In this document: positions 11,248-20,991 of the stretch, piece by piece
Position numbering within the stretch: the stretch's first letter is position 1
Layout: every line of letters begins with the position of its first letter
IMG/VR virus record: IMGVR_UViG_3300021959_006010
Span: 1 to 64,000 of that record
DNA length: 64,000 bases
Strand: one strand, 5' to 3'
Program-made: the position numbers and the translations under genes
Notes under the pieces: generated by a model
Told to the model about the DNA's origin: nothing
Database searches by the model: none
The model's input: only the letters and a program-made list of their open reading frames with translations

Positions 11248-13125
11248 ATGAGTTATAGATTAAACAAGACAGACGGCACACTACTAATAGACTTAATAGA
11301 CGGGGTCATAGATACAGATAGTACAGATCTAACTCTTGTTGGTAAAAATTATACAGGATATGGTGAATCGTTTAATGAGAACTTTATTAAACTTTTAGAA
11401 AATTTTGCTAATCCAAACAGCCCAGTAAGTCCTTTGAGAGGACAACTTTGGTATGATACTAGTACTGCAAAATTAAAAGTCTTCAATGGCGAGTTATTTG
11501 AAACAGCAGCAGGTTCTTATGTTACAGATGAATTTCCTACAAACCCTAGTATAGGCGATACATGGTTAAAATTAAGTACTCAGCAGTATTATGTTTATAC
11601 AGGAAATTTAGATGATGCGTTTACTGAAGAAGCATCATCAGGATGGACGCTTATTGGTCCTGAATATACTTTGCTACAAAGAAGAACAGGATTTTTAACA
11701 GATAGTGTCCTTGATGAAACTAACCGTGCTAGAACTATAATGAGAATAGTTATCGGCGGAACTACAGTTGGTATAGTTTCTTCGTTGGAGTTTACTCCAA
11801 ACATTAACGAAAGAAGTAAAGTACAAGGATTAGTAACTGCCGGCAATCCAACTGGTAGAGTTTACAAAGGCTTTAATTTATATGAGCCAACAGAATTTGT
11901 TTACAGAGGAACAGCATCTCAAGCACTTGCATTAGAATCGTCAACAGGCGAAGAAATAACAGTTAACGATCTTGTAAGAAAAGACGGCGTTAATGAAACA
12001 ATGACAGGAAGTCTTGCTATTCGTAATAGTGCAGGTTTAACTATTGGTGCAAGTCAAAACTTAAAATTATTAATAGACAACGGAACAGTTTTACAGAATA
12101 CAAGACAAGACGAAGATTTCCGAATTAAAATTAACTCTAGCGCAAGCCAGTTGTCTGAAACAGAAGCATTTACTTTAAAAAGTGCAAGTCAAAGAATTGG
12201 TTTATTCCAAAGCAATCCTCAGTATACATTAGATGTTGCAGGTGACACTAGAATATCAGGAAATTTATTTGTTGAAGGCGATACTGTAAGCGTTGATGTT
12301 TCTACTTTGCACGTAGAAGATAAAAACATTGAACTAGGTCGTAATCAAGACGGAATAGTTTTTGACGATGCAGGAGCAAGCGGCGGCGGCATTACATTAA
12401 AGTCTACAGTTACAGATAAAACATTTAACTGGCTCAATACTACAGGTAGTTGGACAAGCTCAGAGCATATTGATCTAGCAGCCGGTAAAGATTATAAAAT
12501 AAACGGAACTACTGTTCTTTCTGCTAGCGAACTCGGATCAAGCGTAACGCAAGCACTAGGATTAACAAGAGTAGGAACTTTAACTGAACTTACAGTAGAT
12601 AATATTCAGATAAACAACAATGCAATTACTAGAATTAACGGTTCGGGCATTAGTATTGATGCAGGACTATCGCCTACTGTAGATTTCAATAATGCACGTT
12701 TACAAAATGTTGATACACCGACAGCAGATGCTGAAGGCGCAAATAAAGTTTATGTAGATCAAACTATACAAACTGAACCAATAGTGTTTAGTATGGACGT
12801 AACAGGATGGACTAATCCAGACATTGTAAACGCAGAACTAATTAATATTTTAAACACAACTTATCCGCCTAGTACTTTTGGTAACGGAAAAGAAGCTCGA
12901 ATTCCAATTTTTTGGTACAATACACAAACTGTTTCAGGTATAGATGTTGCAGGAAATACTACAACACCTACTACTTCTGTAATGAGTTTTCCTTCAGGAA
13001 CAGCAGTAACAGTTCTTCAAAGTGTTGGTTTACCTAATAATTTGTCAGCAACATTTGATCCAACAGTACAGCGTGATGTGAGAATTTTTGAGATTGCAAG
13101 TGGCGTATGGCAATTAAAGCCGTAA
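11248..13125 (+). CDS. Tail fibre-like virion protein
   Basis: Paralogous N-terminus (LVGKNYTGYGESFNENFIKLLENFA...GQLWYDT) and fibre-type segments (NPQYTLDVAG, LHVEDKNIELG, GGGITLK). Confidence 0.7.
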   Translation: MSYRLNKTDGTLLIDLIDGVIDTDSTDLTLVGKNYTGYGESFNENFIKLLENFANPNSPVSPLRGQLWYDTSTAKLKVFNGELFETAAGSYVTDEFPTNPSIGDTWLKLSTQQYYVYTGNLDDAFTEEASSGWTLIGPEYTLLQRRTGFLTDSVLDETNRARTIMRIVIGGTTVGIVSSLEFTPNINERSKVQGLVTAGNPTGRVYKGFNLYEPTEFVYRGTASQALALESSTGEEITVNDLVRKDGVNETMTGSLAIRNSAGLTIGASQNLKLLIDNGTVLQNTRQDEDFRIKINSSASQLSETEAFTLKSASQRIGLFQSNPQYTLDVAGDTRISGNLFVEGDTVSVDVSTLHVEDKNIELGRNQDGIVFDDAGASGGGITLKSTVTDKTFNWLNTTGSWTSSEHIDLAAGKDYKINGTTVLSASELGSSVTQALGLTRVGTLTELTVDNIQINNNAITRINGSGISIDAGLSPTVDFNNARLQNVDTPTADAEGANKVYVDQTIQTEPIVFSMDVTGWTNPDIVNAELINILNTTYPPSTFGNGKEARIPIFWYNTQTVSGIDVAGNTTTPTTSVMSFPSGTAVTVLQSVGLPNNLSATFDPTVQRDVRIFEIASGVWQLKP

Positions 13126-13128
13126 CAG

Positions 13129-13136
13129 ATAAATAC
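13129..13136 (+). promoter_or_regulatory. Putative T4-type late promoter (ATAAATAC)
   Basis: In the 40-bp gap before 13166, followed by an SD-like AGGGG. Confidence 0.55.
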
Positions 13137-13165
13137 ATTAAAGCATTTTAGGGGAATACTACGAG

Positions 13166-14653
13166 ATGGCTTATCAAATAGACAAGTATAATAAAGATTT
13201 CTTAACGTTAGTTGAGGACGGAACAATAGATCAAACAACTGATCTAAAATTTATCGGTAAAAACTATGCCGGTTACGGCGAAATACAAAATGAAAACTTT
13301 TTGTTTTTGCTAGAAAACTTTGCTGGAGCAAATCCTCCACCTAGAAAAATAGCAGGTCAAATATGGTTTGACACTAGCCAAAACAAGTTGAAGTTTTATG
13401 ACGGAACATATTGGAGAACCACTGGCGGTGCAGCAGTTAGTGCTACTGCACCAAGCGGGCTTACTGAAGGAGATTTTTGGTGGGACAGCGCCAACGATCA
13501 GTTATATGCGTGGGACGGAACAGAGTTTATATTAGTTGGTCCGCAAAATGCAGGAACTGGCCTAACGCAAATGCAAAGCCGTACAGTATTAGATACTTCT
13601 CAAAATGAGAGAACTATTATTGCCGCAGTAATTGAAGAAGAAGTAGTTTATATTATTTCCCCTGTAACATTTACAATTGATTCTTCAGATCCTGAAAATG
13701 CAATTGATGGTTTCTCGTATATTAGACAAGGACTAACACTAAAAAATACAACTAGTGAAGGTATTACTACTACAGATCACAGATATTGGGGCACTGCTGC
13801 AACAGCATCAGGGTTGCTAGACGGAACAGGAAACGTATACACAGCTGATGACTTTATAACTGGCGGCGAACTTGATCTTTCGTCAGGAAATGTACCAGCA
13901 AACTTCCCAAGCGAAGGTGTTACAATTGGTCCTGATAAATTATTTAAAATTTATTTAGATGCACAAAACAATGGTATTATTGAAAACGGTGCAACAACTA
14001 ACTCACAACTTTGGTTGAGCGTAGCAGATGCTAACCAACAAATTGTTACTCCGGTAAAAATTAACGAAACTAGTTTAATTCCCGGTGCTGATAATTCTTA
14101 TAACATCGGTTCAACAACATTACGTTGGTCAACAGTGTATGCTTCAAACTTTGAAGGCACAGCATCAAAAGCAGATAGCCTTTTAGTTGGTTCAACATAT
14201 AGAGTTGCTAGTGCAAGTAATGTAAATAACACTATTGTTGTTAGAGATGCTACCGGTAATATTGCTGCAAACGAATTCCAAGGTACTGCTTCGAGAGCAA
14301 AATTTGCAGACTTAGCAGAAAAGTATGCAACAGATCAAGAGTATCCTGTAGGAACAGTAATGGCAGTTGGTGGTGAAGCTGAAGCAAGAGCTGCAAAAGT
14401 AAGTGACTTTGCTATTGGAGTTATTTCAGACGCACCAGCATATATGATGAACTCAGAAGCGGAAGGGCAATACATCGGCTTAAAAGGTCGTGTTCCGGTT
14501 AGAGTTACAGGTCCTGTGTCTAAGGGTCAAGCAGTGTATGCTTGGCAGGACGGTATAGCATCAACTATAGCTTCAAATGGTTTAGTTGGAGTTGCGTTAG
14601 AAACTAACAACGACGAATCGGAAAAATTAGTTGAATGCGTGTTAAAAGTATAA
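13166..14653 (+). CDS. Tail fibre-like protein with C-terminal intramolecular-chaperone (peptidase G2-like) domain
   Basis: Paralogous N-terminus (FIGKNYAGYGEIQNENFLFLLENFA). The C-terminal ADLAEKY...GVISDAPAYMMN...IGLKGRVPVRV.G matches autocleaving chaperone domains of phage appendages. Confidence 0.7.
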   Translation: MAYQIDKYNKDFLTLVEDGTIDQTTDLKFIGKNYAGYGEIQNENFLFLLENFAGANPPPRKIAGQIWFDTSQNKLKFYDGTYWRTTGGAAVSATAPSGLTEGDFWWDSANDQLYAWDGTEFILVGPQNAGTGLTQMQSRTVLDTSQNERTIIAAVIEEEVVYIISPVTFTIDSSDPENAIDGFSYIRQGLTLKNTTSEGITTTDHRYWGTAATASGLLDGTGNVYTADDFITGGELDLSSGNVPANFPSEGVTIGPDKLFKIYLDAQNNGIIENGATTNSQLWLSVADANQQIVTPVKINETSLIPGADNSYNIGSTTLRWSTVYASNFEGTASKADSLLVGSTYRVASASNVNNTIVVRDATGNIAANEFQGTASRAKFADLAEKYATDQEYPVGTVMAVGGEAEARAAKVSDFAIGVISDAPAYMMNSEAEGQYIGLKGRVPVRVTGPVSKGQAVYAWQDGIASTIASNGLVGVALETNNDESEKLVECVLKV

Positions 14654-14664
14654 ATATATAAATA
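14649..14664 (+). promoter_or_regulatory. Tandem T4 late promoter consensus (TATAAATA x2)
   Basis: Exact TATAAATATATAAATA overlapping the 14653 stop codon, upstream of 14702. Confidence 0.6.
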
Positions 14665-14701
14665 ACATAAAGTACGTATATTAAACATAGGATGATAAAA
14701 C

Positions 14702-15775
14702 ATGGCAGTCGGTGATACAATTACAGCAGCTAGATACAATGCAATAAGAAATACTCTACGAACGGTATTAGGAACAAATAACACAGGTTCAGACGGATAT
14801 GGACAATACGTTGTTACTACTGCAAAAGCCGACAACGACATTGTTGATCACGTTGACATGTATAGACTATATGTTGATTTAGTAAGAGCTAGGACACACC
14901 AAACAGGTAATCCACCAACTTGGACAAACTCAGATGGATTAGCTGTTCCAACTACTGGTGATATTATTGGTGAGTTTGCTGGTGCAGTGGGTGCTAATCC
15001 AGGAGAGTCAAGTGCCGATGCAACAACTGATTTAGGTGAAGGATATGTTGATTACGAAAGTGCGCAAAGTAACATTTCCGCAGGCGCACAATTAGCAGAT
15101 TCGACACAAATGAGTATAGAAAGCTTAACGTCAAGTGCCCTTACTAACGCATCTTGGAACAATACAATTTCTCATGTAGTAACTATTACATTTGGCGGAT
15201 ATTCGACTACTAATCCTATTGATAGCAGCTCAGAAGCAGTTACTGGTGCAGACCATAGAAGATATTTCTTTAATGCTGGAGGAGAAATCCAGTTTGATGC
15301 TAGTTTAACAGGCGGCACATCAGGAACGTCTGGCACAAAGGACTATGATTGGTCTGTAATGTTATCAAACATGGGAACTATTACTTTTGGTGCAGGAACA
15401 ACAGGATCATCAACTGGATCAGGTACAGGTAGTAACTTGGGTAATTTTGATATGACAACATCTTACCAAACTGTTTATACTAAGACAGGTACCGGTAACT
15501 ATGCTGAAAACGACTACACTATTAGAGCTCGAGCTCCTAGCACAGATTCTTTACAATTTGAAATCACATTCAATGACGATGACACAGGTGACGAACCAAT
15601 TTCTCCACCACCAAGCGGCGGTATTGTAGGCGGTGTTGACGAAAACGTTACAGGATCAACTACTAGCAACGTTGGAATGCTAAGACCCGACGGCGACAAC
15701 CTTACAATTGGCTCATATACATATACAGCCGTTGTAGTTCCAGCACCAACTGCTGCAAATAATTCAAATCTTTAA
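14702..15775 (+). CDS. Virion structural protein (Gly/Thr/Ser-rich)
   Basis: 357-aa acidic, G/T/S-rich ORF (GDTITAARYN, GYGQ, RYFFNAGGEI) ending the structural module. Confidence 0.6.
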   Translation: MAVGDTITAARYNAIRNTLRTVLGTNNTGSDGYGQYVVTTAKADNDIVDHVDMYRLYVDLVRARTHQTGNPPTWTNSDGLAVPTTGDIIGEFAGAVGANPGESSADATTDLGEGYVDYESAQSNISAGAQLADSTQMSIESLTSSALTNASWNNTISHVVTITFGGYSTTNPIDSSSEAVTGADHRRYFFNAGGEIQFDASLTGGTSGTSGTKDYDWSVMLSNMGTITFGAGTTGSSTGSGTGSNLGNFDMTTSYQTVYTKTGTGNYAENDYTIRARAPSTDSLQFEITFNDDDTGDEPISPPPSGGIVGGVDENVTGSTTSNVGMLRPDGDNLTIGSYTYTAVVVPAPTAANNSNL

Positions 15776-15804
15776 TTGACAATACACTCCTATGGTTATA
15801 TAAT
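15776..15804 (+). promoter_or_regulatory. Consensus sigma70 promoter
   Basis: TTGACA (15776-15781), 17-nt spacer, TATAAT (15799-15804). SD AGGAG at 15817-15821. Confidence 0.85.
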
Positions 15805-15828
15805 AGTAGTAACTATAGGAGTATTTTT
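15786..15828 (+). terminator. 13-bp hairpin plus U-tract (terminator-like and RBS-occluding)
   Basis: ACTCCTATGGTTA (15786-15798) pairs with TAACTATAGGAGT (15810-15822) with one G-U pair, followed by ATTTTT. Confidence 0.6.
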
Positions 15829-16179
15829 ATGGACACAAAATTAGAAAAGGCTTTAGATTTTTCTAACTATATGGTTACACTTAATAACCAAAAAAGATTG
15901 ATACACGAACAATATTTGCAAGACTTAGTGCATTATTATAATGGTGGACAGTTTAGTGTAACTCAGCAATTAATAAGTTTTTGTCAAAGTCTTTGTGCAT
16001 TAGAGCAAGAAGACACAGTTCTAGTTGATGACAACAAACAACCTATTTTTGTAGAAGACTTGGAATCTTTTACAACTGATATTTTACATTTGTATGCAAA
16101 TGCTTCAAACTCTTATTTTTCAGAATATGACAAAATCCGTAAAAATAGAAGCGTTGAGGGCATTTTAAGTGATGACTAA
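15829..16179 (+). CDS. Hypothetical protein, first gene of the modification island
   Basis: 116-aa ORF with a strong SD directly after the sigma70 promoter. No recognisable motif. Confidence 0.75.
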   Translation: MDTKLEKALDFSNYMVTLNNQKRLIHEQYLQDLVHYYNGGQFSVTQQLISFCQSLCALEQEDTVLVDDNKQPIFVEDLESFTTDILHLYANASNSYFSEYDKIRKNRSVEGILSDD

Positions 16180-17029
16180 AGGCGTACTATTATTTGCTAG
16201 AAACAACAGTCAAGTTGATTATGTAAAGCAAGCATATTGGCTTGCTAAACGAGTAAGCAAGTATTTAAACTTGCCCACAACTTTAGTAACAGACGATGTT
16301 GGATATCTAGAATCAGCGTATCCTGATTACAATGATGTATTTGATAGTGTAGTTGCTCGCGAGTACACTACTAATTTTACATTAAAAAGGTATCATGACG
16401 GAACATTGGCTCAAAAACGTTTAGAATTTAAAAACGATACTAGGCCTTTAGCATATGATCTATCGCCTTACGACGAAACTCTTTTATTAGATACTGATGT
16501 TGTTATTGCAGACACAAACTTTTTAGAATGTTTTGAACAAAATAAAGATTTTTTAATATATAAAGATGCTTATGATTTAGCACAATATAGAGATTATAGC
16601 GAGTTTTGTTATATTTCAGATACAAGTGTAGACTTTTATTGGGCAACTTGTATATTTTTTAGAAAAACAGACGAAAATAAGATATTCTTTGACTTAGTTC
16701 AGCATATACAAGAAAATTGGCAACACTATAACAGTATTTTTCAAATAAACTCTTCTGTATATAGAAATGATCATGCTTTTAGTGTAGCAATACACATTAT
16801 GAATGGTTATCAAAGCGGAGATTTTGCAGGGAAAATGCCAGGAAAGCTTTTCTATACACTAGATAAAGACGAACTAGTTGAACTTAATGACAAAAACTTT
16901 ATGTTTCTTATAGAGAAAGAAAATCATTTAGGAGAATACACTGCTGTTAAGTTTAAACGAAACACAGTGCATGTAATGAATAAATTTAGTTTGAATAGAA
17001 TAATAGATAAGGAGTTAGCAGATGTCTAA
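16169..17029 (+). CDS. GT-A fold glycosyltransferase-like protein (GT8-like)
   Basis: SPYDETLLLDTD with a DxD motif, plus RNDHAFS and HVMNK. Paralogue of the next ORF. Confidence 0.65.
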   Translation: MMTKGVLLFARNNSQVDYVKQAYWLAKRVSKYLNLPTTLVTDDVGYLESAYPDYNDVFDSVVAREYTTNFTLKRYHDGTLAQKRLEFKNDTRPLAYDLSPYDETLLLDTDVVIADTNFLECFEQNKDFLIYKDAYDLAQYRDYSEFCYISDTSVDFYWATCIFFRKTDENKIFFDLVQHIQENWQHYNSIFQINSSVYRNDHAFSVAIHIMNGYQSGDFAGKMPGKLFYTLDKDELVELNDKNFMFLIEKENHLGEYTAVKFKRNTVHVMNKFSLNRIIDKELADV

Positions 17030-17858
17030 AGGCTTTGTAATGTTGGCTCAAAATTCTGAATACAACTATGTAGAACAAGCATGTTTAGCAGCAATGAGTT
17101 TGCATGCTACAAATACAGACTGTAAAATTTCTTTAATAACAAATGATGATGTTCCTAAAGAGTATATTTCTTTGTTTGACAAAATTATTGAAATACCTTG
17201 GACTGATCAAGCATCTGAGTCTGATTGGAAAGTTGAAAATAGATGGAAAATTTATCATGCTAGTCCGTATGATGAAACTATAGTTTTAGATACTGATGTT
17301 CTTGTATTACAAGATATTAGTAGTTGGTGGAAATTTCTTTCTAACTACGATTTGTATTTTACAAGCAAAGTCTACTCTTATAGAGACAAAGAAATAAACG
17401 ATACAACATATCGCAAAGCCTTTATAGCAAACAATCTTCCAAATTTGTATGTGGGATTCCATTACTTTAAAAAAGGAGAAAAGGCTCATCAGTTTTATAA
17501 AATGCTTGAACTAGTAATGAATAACTGGGAATTGTTTTACGGAACATATGTTAAGCATCATTATCCTAAACGCCCAAGTGTTGATGTTAGTGCAGCTATT
17601 GTAGCTAAAATTCTTGACTGTGACACAGAAGTTACTAATTCAATTGCTAAGTATCCAAGTTTTACACATATGAAGCCTGCTATTCAAGAATGGAAACATG
17701 TTCCGGACAAATGGCAAGAACGTGTTGGGACGTATCTTACAAAAGACTTAAAATTAGTAATAGGTAACCACCAACAAAAAGGTATCTTCCATTACACAGA
17801 AAAAGATTTTGTAACAGATGATATTTTAAATAGATATAAAGATTATATAGGAATTTAA
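17022..17858 (+). CDS. GT-A fold glycosyltransferase-like protein (GT8-like)
   Basis: SPYDETIVLDTD DxD motif, FTHMK and FHYTEK. SD AAGGAG upstream. Confidence 0.65.
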   Translation: MSKGFVMLAQNSEYNYVEQACLAAMSLHATNTDCKISLITNDDVPKEYISLFDKIIEIPWTDQASESDWKVENRWKIYHASPYDETIVLDTDVLVLQDISSWWKFLSNYDLYFTSKVYSYRDKEINDTTYRKAFIANNLPNLYVGFHYFKKGEKAHQFYKMLELVMNNWELFYGTYVKHHYPKRPSVDVSAAIVAKILDCDTEVTNSIAKYPSFTHMKPAIQEWKHVPDKWQERVGTYLTKDLKLVIGNHQQKGIFHYTEKDFVTDDILNRYKDYIGI

Positions 17859-18461
17859 ATGAGAGTAGAATTTCCACCTATAGTAAAAGTAGATACAAAT
17901 TATGCTGTAATTTTTAATCCAGATAATTTTTTAGTTACTGCTATTAAAAAGAACAGGGATATTCCTAAAGATGTTTCTTATCTAGAGACAACATTTGAAG
18001 ATGTTAGAGATATCATCGAAGGTAAAGAAACATTAAAGTCATGTAAAGTGGCATATGATATTAAAACAAAGCAATATCAATTAGTACGAAACAACATAGA
18101 ACAACCTGTATATACTGTTTCAGAACTAATTTATAAGATCCCAATTGAGGAAGAATCTGAGGCTGAAATACAAGTAATACAAGACATTGAAAATACTTGT
18201 TGGAAAATTTTTATGAGCGATGACCTTAGAACAAAGTTGACAAACGATGCAGTTAATGTTAATATAGATGTAAGTCTAAGTGTAACTGAAGAAAATAACC
18301 CTAATATTCTTTACCGAACATTAAAGTTTTCTTTGAAAGAGCTTATGCAGAAGTTTTACATTATTATAGACTTTAAACAAGAAAGAGAATTTAATGCAGA
18401 GCCGGTAAGTTTGTATACAATACAACGTTTTCAAACTTACTCTTACGAGGTTAAAAAATGA
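17859..18461 (+). CDS. Hypothetical protein
   Basis: 200-aa ORF abutting both neighbours. No recognisable motif. Confidence 0.7.
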   Translation: MRVEFPPIVKVDTNYAVIFNPDNFLVTAIKKNRDIPKDVSYLETTFEDVRDIIEGKETLKSCKVAYDIKTKQYQLVRNNIEQPVYTVSELIYKIPIEEESEAEIQVIQDIENTCWKIFMSDDLRTKLTNDAVNVNIDVSLSVTEENNPNILYRTLKFSLKELMQKFYIIIDFKQEREFNAEPVSLYTIQRFQTYSYEVKK

Positions 18462-19405
18462 GCGACAAATTTAAAATTTTAGATTATGATATCATTTATC
18501 TAAGTTACGACGAGCCAAACGCAGAAAAAAACTATGCAGATCTGTGTAGTAAAGTACCGTGGGCTAAACGTGTACACGGTGTAGAAGGATCAGATGCTGC
18601 ACACAAAGCATGTGCCGAATTATCAGAAACAGAACGATTTATTACGATCGACGGCGACAATATTGTAAACGCTAAGTTCTTGCATCAAGAATATGATCTT
18701 AACAATCACGAAGACGTACATTGGAATAGAGAAGTTGACTTTGATCAGTGCGTAGTAAGTTGGACTGCCCGTAATACTATTAACGGATTAATGTACGGCA
18801 ACGGTGGCATTAAATGTTGGCCTAAAGATAAAGTGCTTAACATGAAGACACACGAAAATGCTGATCCCGACAACGTACATGCACAAGTTGATTTTTGTTG
18901 GGATTTACAATACATACAAATGAATACTTGTTATAGTGAGATTATGAATAATTATACTCCGCATCAAGCTTGGCGTGCCGGATTCCGCGAAGGTGTTAAG
19001 ATGGCGCTAGATCGCGGCATTAAACCTAGCAAAGAAGAGTTTCTAGCAGGACATTGGAAAAACTTGCATAGACTATGGATCTGGCTAATGGTAGGTGCTG
19101 ATGTAGAAAACGGACGTTGGGCTATCTACGGTGCTCGTGAAGGCTTGTACAAAACAATGTGTACAGACTGGGACTTTGTAAATGTGCGTGACTTTGAATG
19201 GTTGAATACTTATTGGGATAGTAAAAACTTAGACGAAGTGGATATGGATAGCGAAACAGACGAACTTGGTGATAAACTTATACACGAGTTAGGTATTCCT
19301 ATTGCAGTAGATCCGTTAAATGCAGATCAGAGTGCATTCTTTAAAACAGTGTACCAAAATCCTAGCCGTAATCCTAAACAGCAATTTGTGGTTGCTCCTG
19401 AATGA
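18458..19405 (+). CDS. Glycosyltransferase-like protein (GT-A, DxD)
   Basis: YDIIYLSYDEPNA...VHGVEG..AAH...FITIDGD...YGNGGIK...AWRAGFRE. Homologous to the C-terminal domain of 40203..42173. Confidence 0.65.
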   Translation: MSDKFKILDYDIIYLSYDEPNAEKNYADLCSKVPWAKRVHGVEGSDAAHKACAELSETERFITIDGDNIVNAKFLHQEYDLNNHEDVHWNREVDFDQCVVSWTARNTINGLMYGNGGIKCWPKDKVLNMKTHENADPDNVHAQVDFCWDLQYIQMNTCYSEIMNNYTPHQAWRAGFREGVKMALDRGIKPSKEEFLAGHWKNLHRLWIWLMVGADVENGRWAIYGAREGLYKTMCTDWDFVNVRDFEWLNTYWDSKNLDEVDMDSETDELGDKLIHELGIPIAVDPLNADQSAFFKTVYQNPSRNPKQQFVVAPE

Positions 19406-20991
19406 AACTAAATGATATAAAATGGATCAGAGATAAAAATGGCGAATTAACTAGTGATCCGGTTAACGTTGAAAACGTTAACAAACTACTTAATTCGAAA
19501 GGTTGTGGATTTTGTCTTGCAAAATTTACACAAGTTACTATGCATCTTGGTACAGGACATATACATAGTTGCCACCATCCAAGGATGCATAAAATCTCTC
19601 TTGACGAGATACAAAACGATCATAGAGCATTGTTTAATACACAGCATTTAAAATATGCAAGAAAGCAAATGCTAAACAACGAAAAACCTCCTGAGTGCGA
19701 TTATTGCTGGCGTGTTGAAGCAGACGGTAATTTAAGTGATAGGAGTTTCAAGAGTAGCAAGATGTGGGCTCTTGAAAAGTATGACGATATTGTAGAATAT
19801 ACAGGCAATGAAAATATTGCTCCTAGTTATTTAGAAGTAAGTTTTTCTAATGTTTGTAATATGAGTTGTTTGTATTGCGGTCCAGAATTTAGTTCTAAAT
19901 GGGTAGAAGATTTAAAACAAAAAGGTCCAATAAAAGTTTTAGAAGGAACAGACCACGAAAGATGGGTACAAGGATGGCAGGACCTTGATACATTAAATAT
20001 ACCTAATAGAGAACACAATCCTTACATAGAAGCATTTTGGAAATGGTTCCCAGAAGTTTATCCTAATCTTGAAACTTACCGCATTACAGGCGGCGAGCCT
20101 TTAATGAGTAAAGAAACTTTTCGAAGCATGGATTGGCTTGCTGAAAATCCTAATCTAAAACTTGATTTTAGTATCAACACAAATCTAAGTGTACCGGATA
20201 AACTTTGGGATACGTTTATTGAAAAGCTTGTTAAGATTAAAGATAATACAGTTAAAGGAGTAACTGTATTTACAAGTGTTGAAGCATGGGGTAAACGTGC
20301 AGAGTATCTGCGTAGAGGTTTAGATTTTGAAGTATTTAAAAAACGTTATGAGCAACTTGCACAGTTAGGTAATGTTAAAGTTGTAATTATGGCTGCATAC
20401 AATGTTTTAAGTATTACAAGTTTTAAAGACTTGCTCGAATGGCAACTTGAAATGAAGAAAAAATACAATTACAATAGTGCAGTTCTTTGGTGGGAAGAAA
20501 ATACACCTTACAAGTTTAGAGAAGGACTTTCTAATGCAGAACTTAAAAAGAGATCACCGTCTCATATTTTGCCACTAGGTTTAGACATTCCCTATCTAAG
20601 ACATCCTCCGTTTTTGGATGCACAAATCTGCACCGACGAACTTACACAAGAATATATGATTCCTGCTATGGAATATATGGCACGTAATACTGTAGACAAC
20701 AAATGGGTTATGCATATGAGTTTTGAATTAAACGAAATGTATAAATTAAAACAAATTACAGATCACAAAATGAGTGTAACATATTCTGTGCATCCAGGCA
20801 CTGAAGATTATTTTAAAAAAATTACGCACCCTCGAGCAGAATTTTTTGATTTTATTAATGCAAAGGACAAAAGAGACGGAACAGACTTTTTAGAAGTATT
20901 TCCTGAAATGGAAGACTTTTATATGAAGTGCTACGAAGCAAAGCAAGAAGTAGAAAAAAGAAATTCAAAAAATGTTAGTACTGGCACATGA
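19402..20991 (+). CDS. Radical SAM protein with N-terminal twitch/SPASM-like domain
   Basis: CNMSCLYC (CxxxCxxC) and TGGEP. N-terminal FCLAKF...G....CHHP...CDYC. Confidence 0.9.
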   Translation: MKLNDIKWIRDKNGELTSDPVNVENVNKLLNSKGCGFCLAKFTQVTMHLGTGHIHSCHHPRMHKISLDEIQNDHRALFNTQHLKYARKQMLNNEKPPECDYCWRVEADGNLSDRSFKSSKMWALEKYDDIVEYTGNENIAPSYLEVSFSNVCNMSCLYCGPEFSSKWVEDLKQKGPIKVLEGTDHERWVQGWQDLDTLNIPNREHNPYIEAFWKWFPEVYPNLETYRITGGEPLMSKETFRSMDWLAENPNLKLDFSINTNLSVPDKLWDTFIEKLVKIKDNTVKGVTVFTSVEAWGKRAEYLRRGLDFEVFKKRYEQLAQLGNVKVVIMAAYNVLSITSFKDLLEWQLEMKKKYNYNSAVLWWEENTPYKFREGLSNAELKKRSPSHILPLGLDIPYLRHPPFLDAQICTDELTQEYMIPAMEYMARNTVDNKWVMHMSFELNEMYKLKQITDHKMSVTYSVHPGTEDYFKKITHPRAEFFDFINAKDKRDGTDFLEVFPEMEDFYMKCYEAKQEVEKRNSKNVSTGT

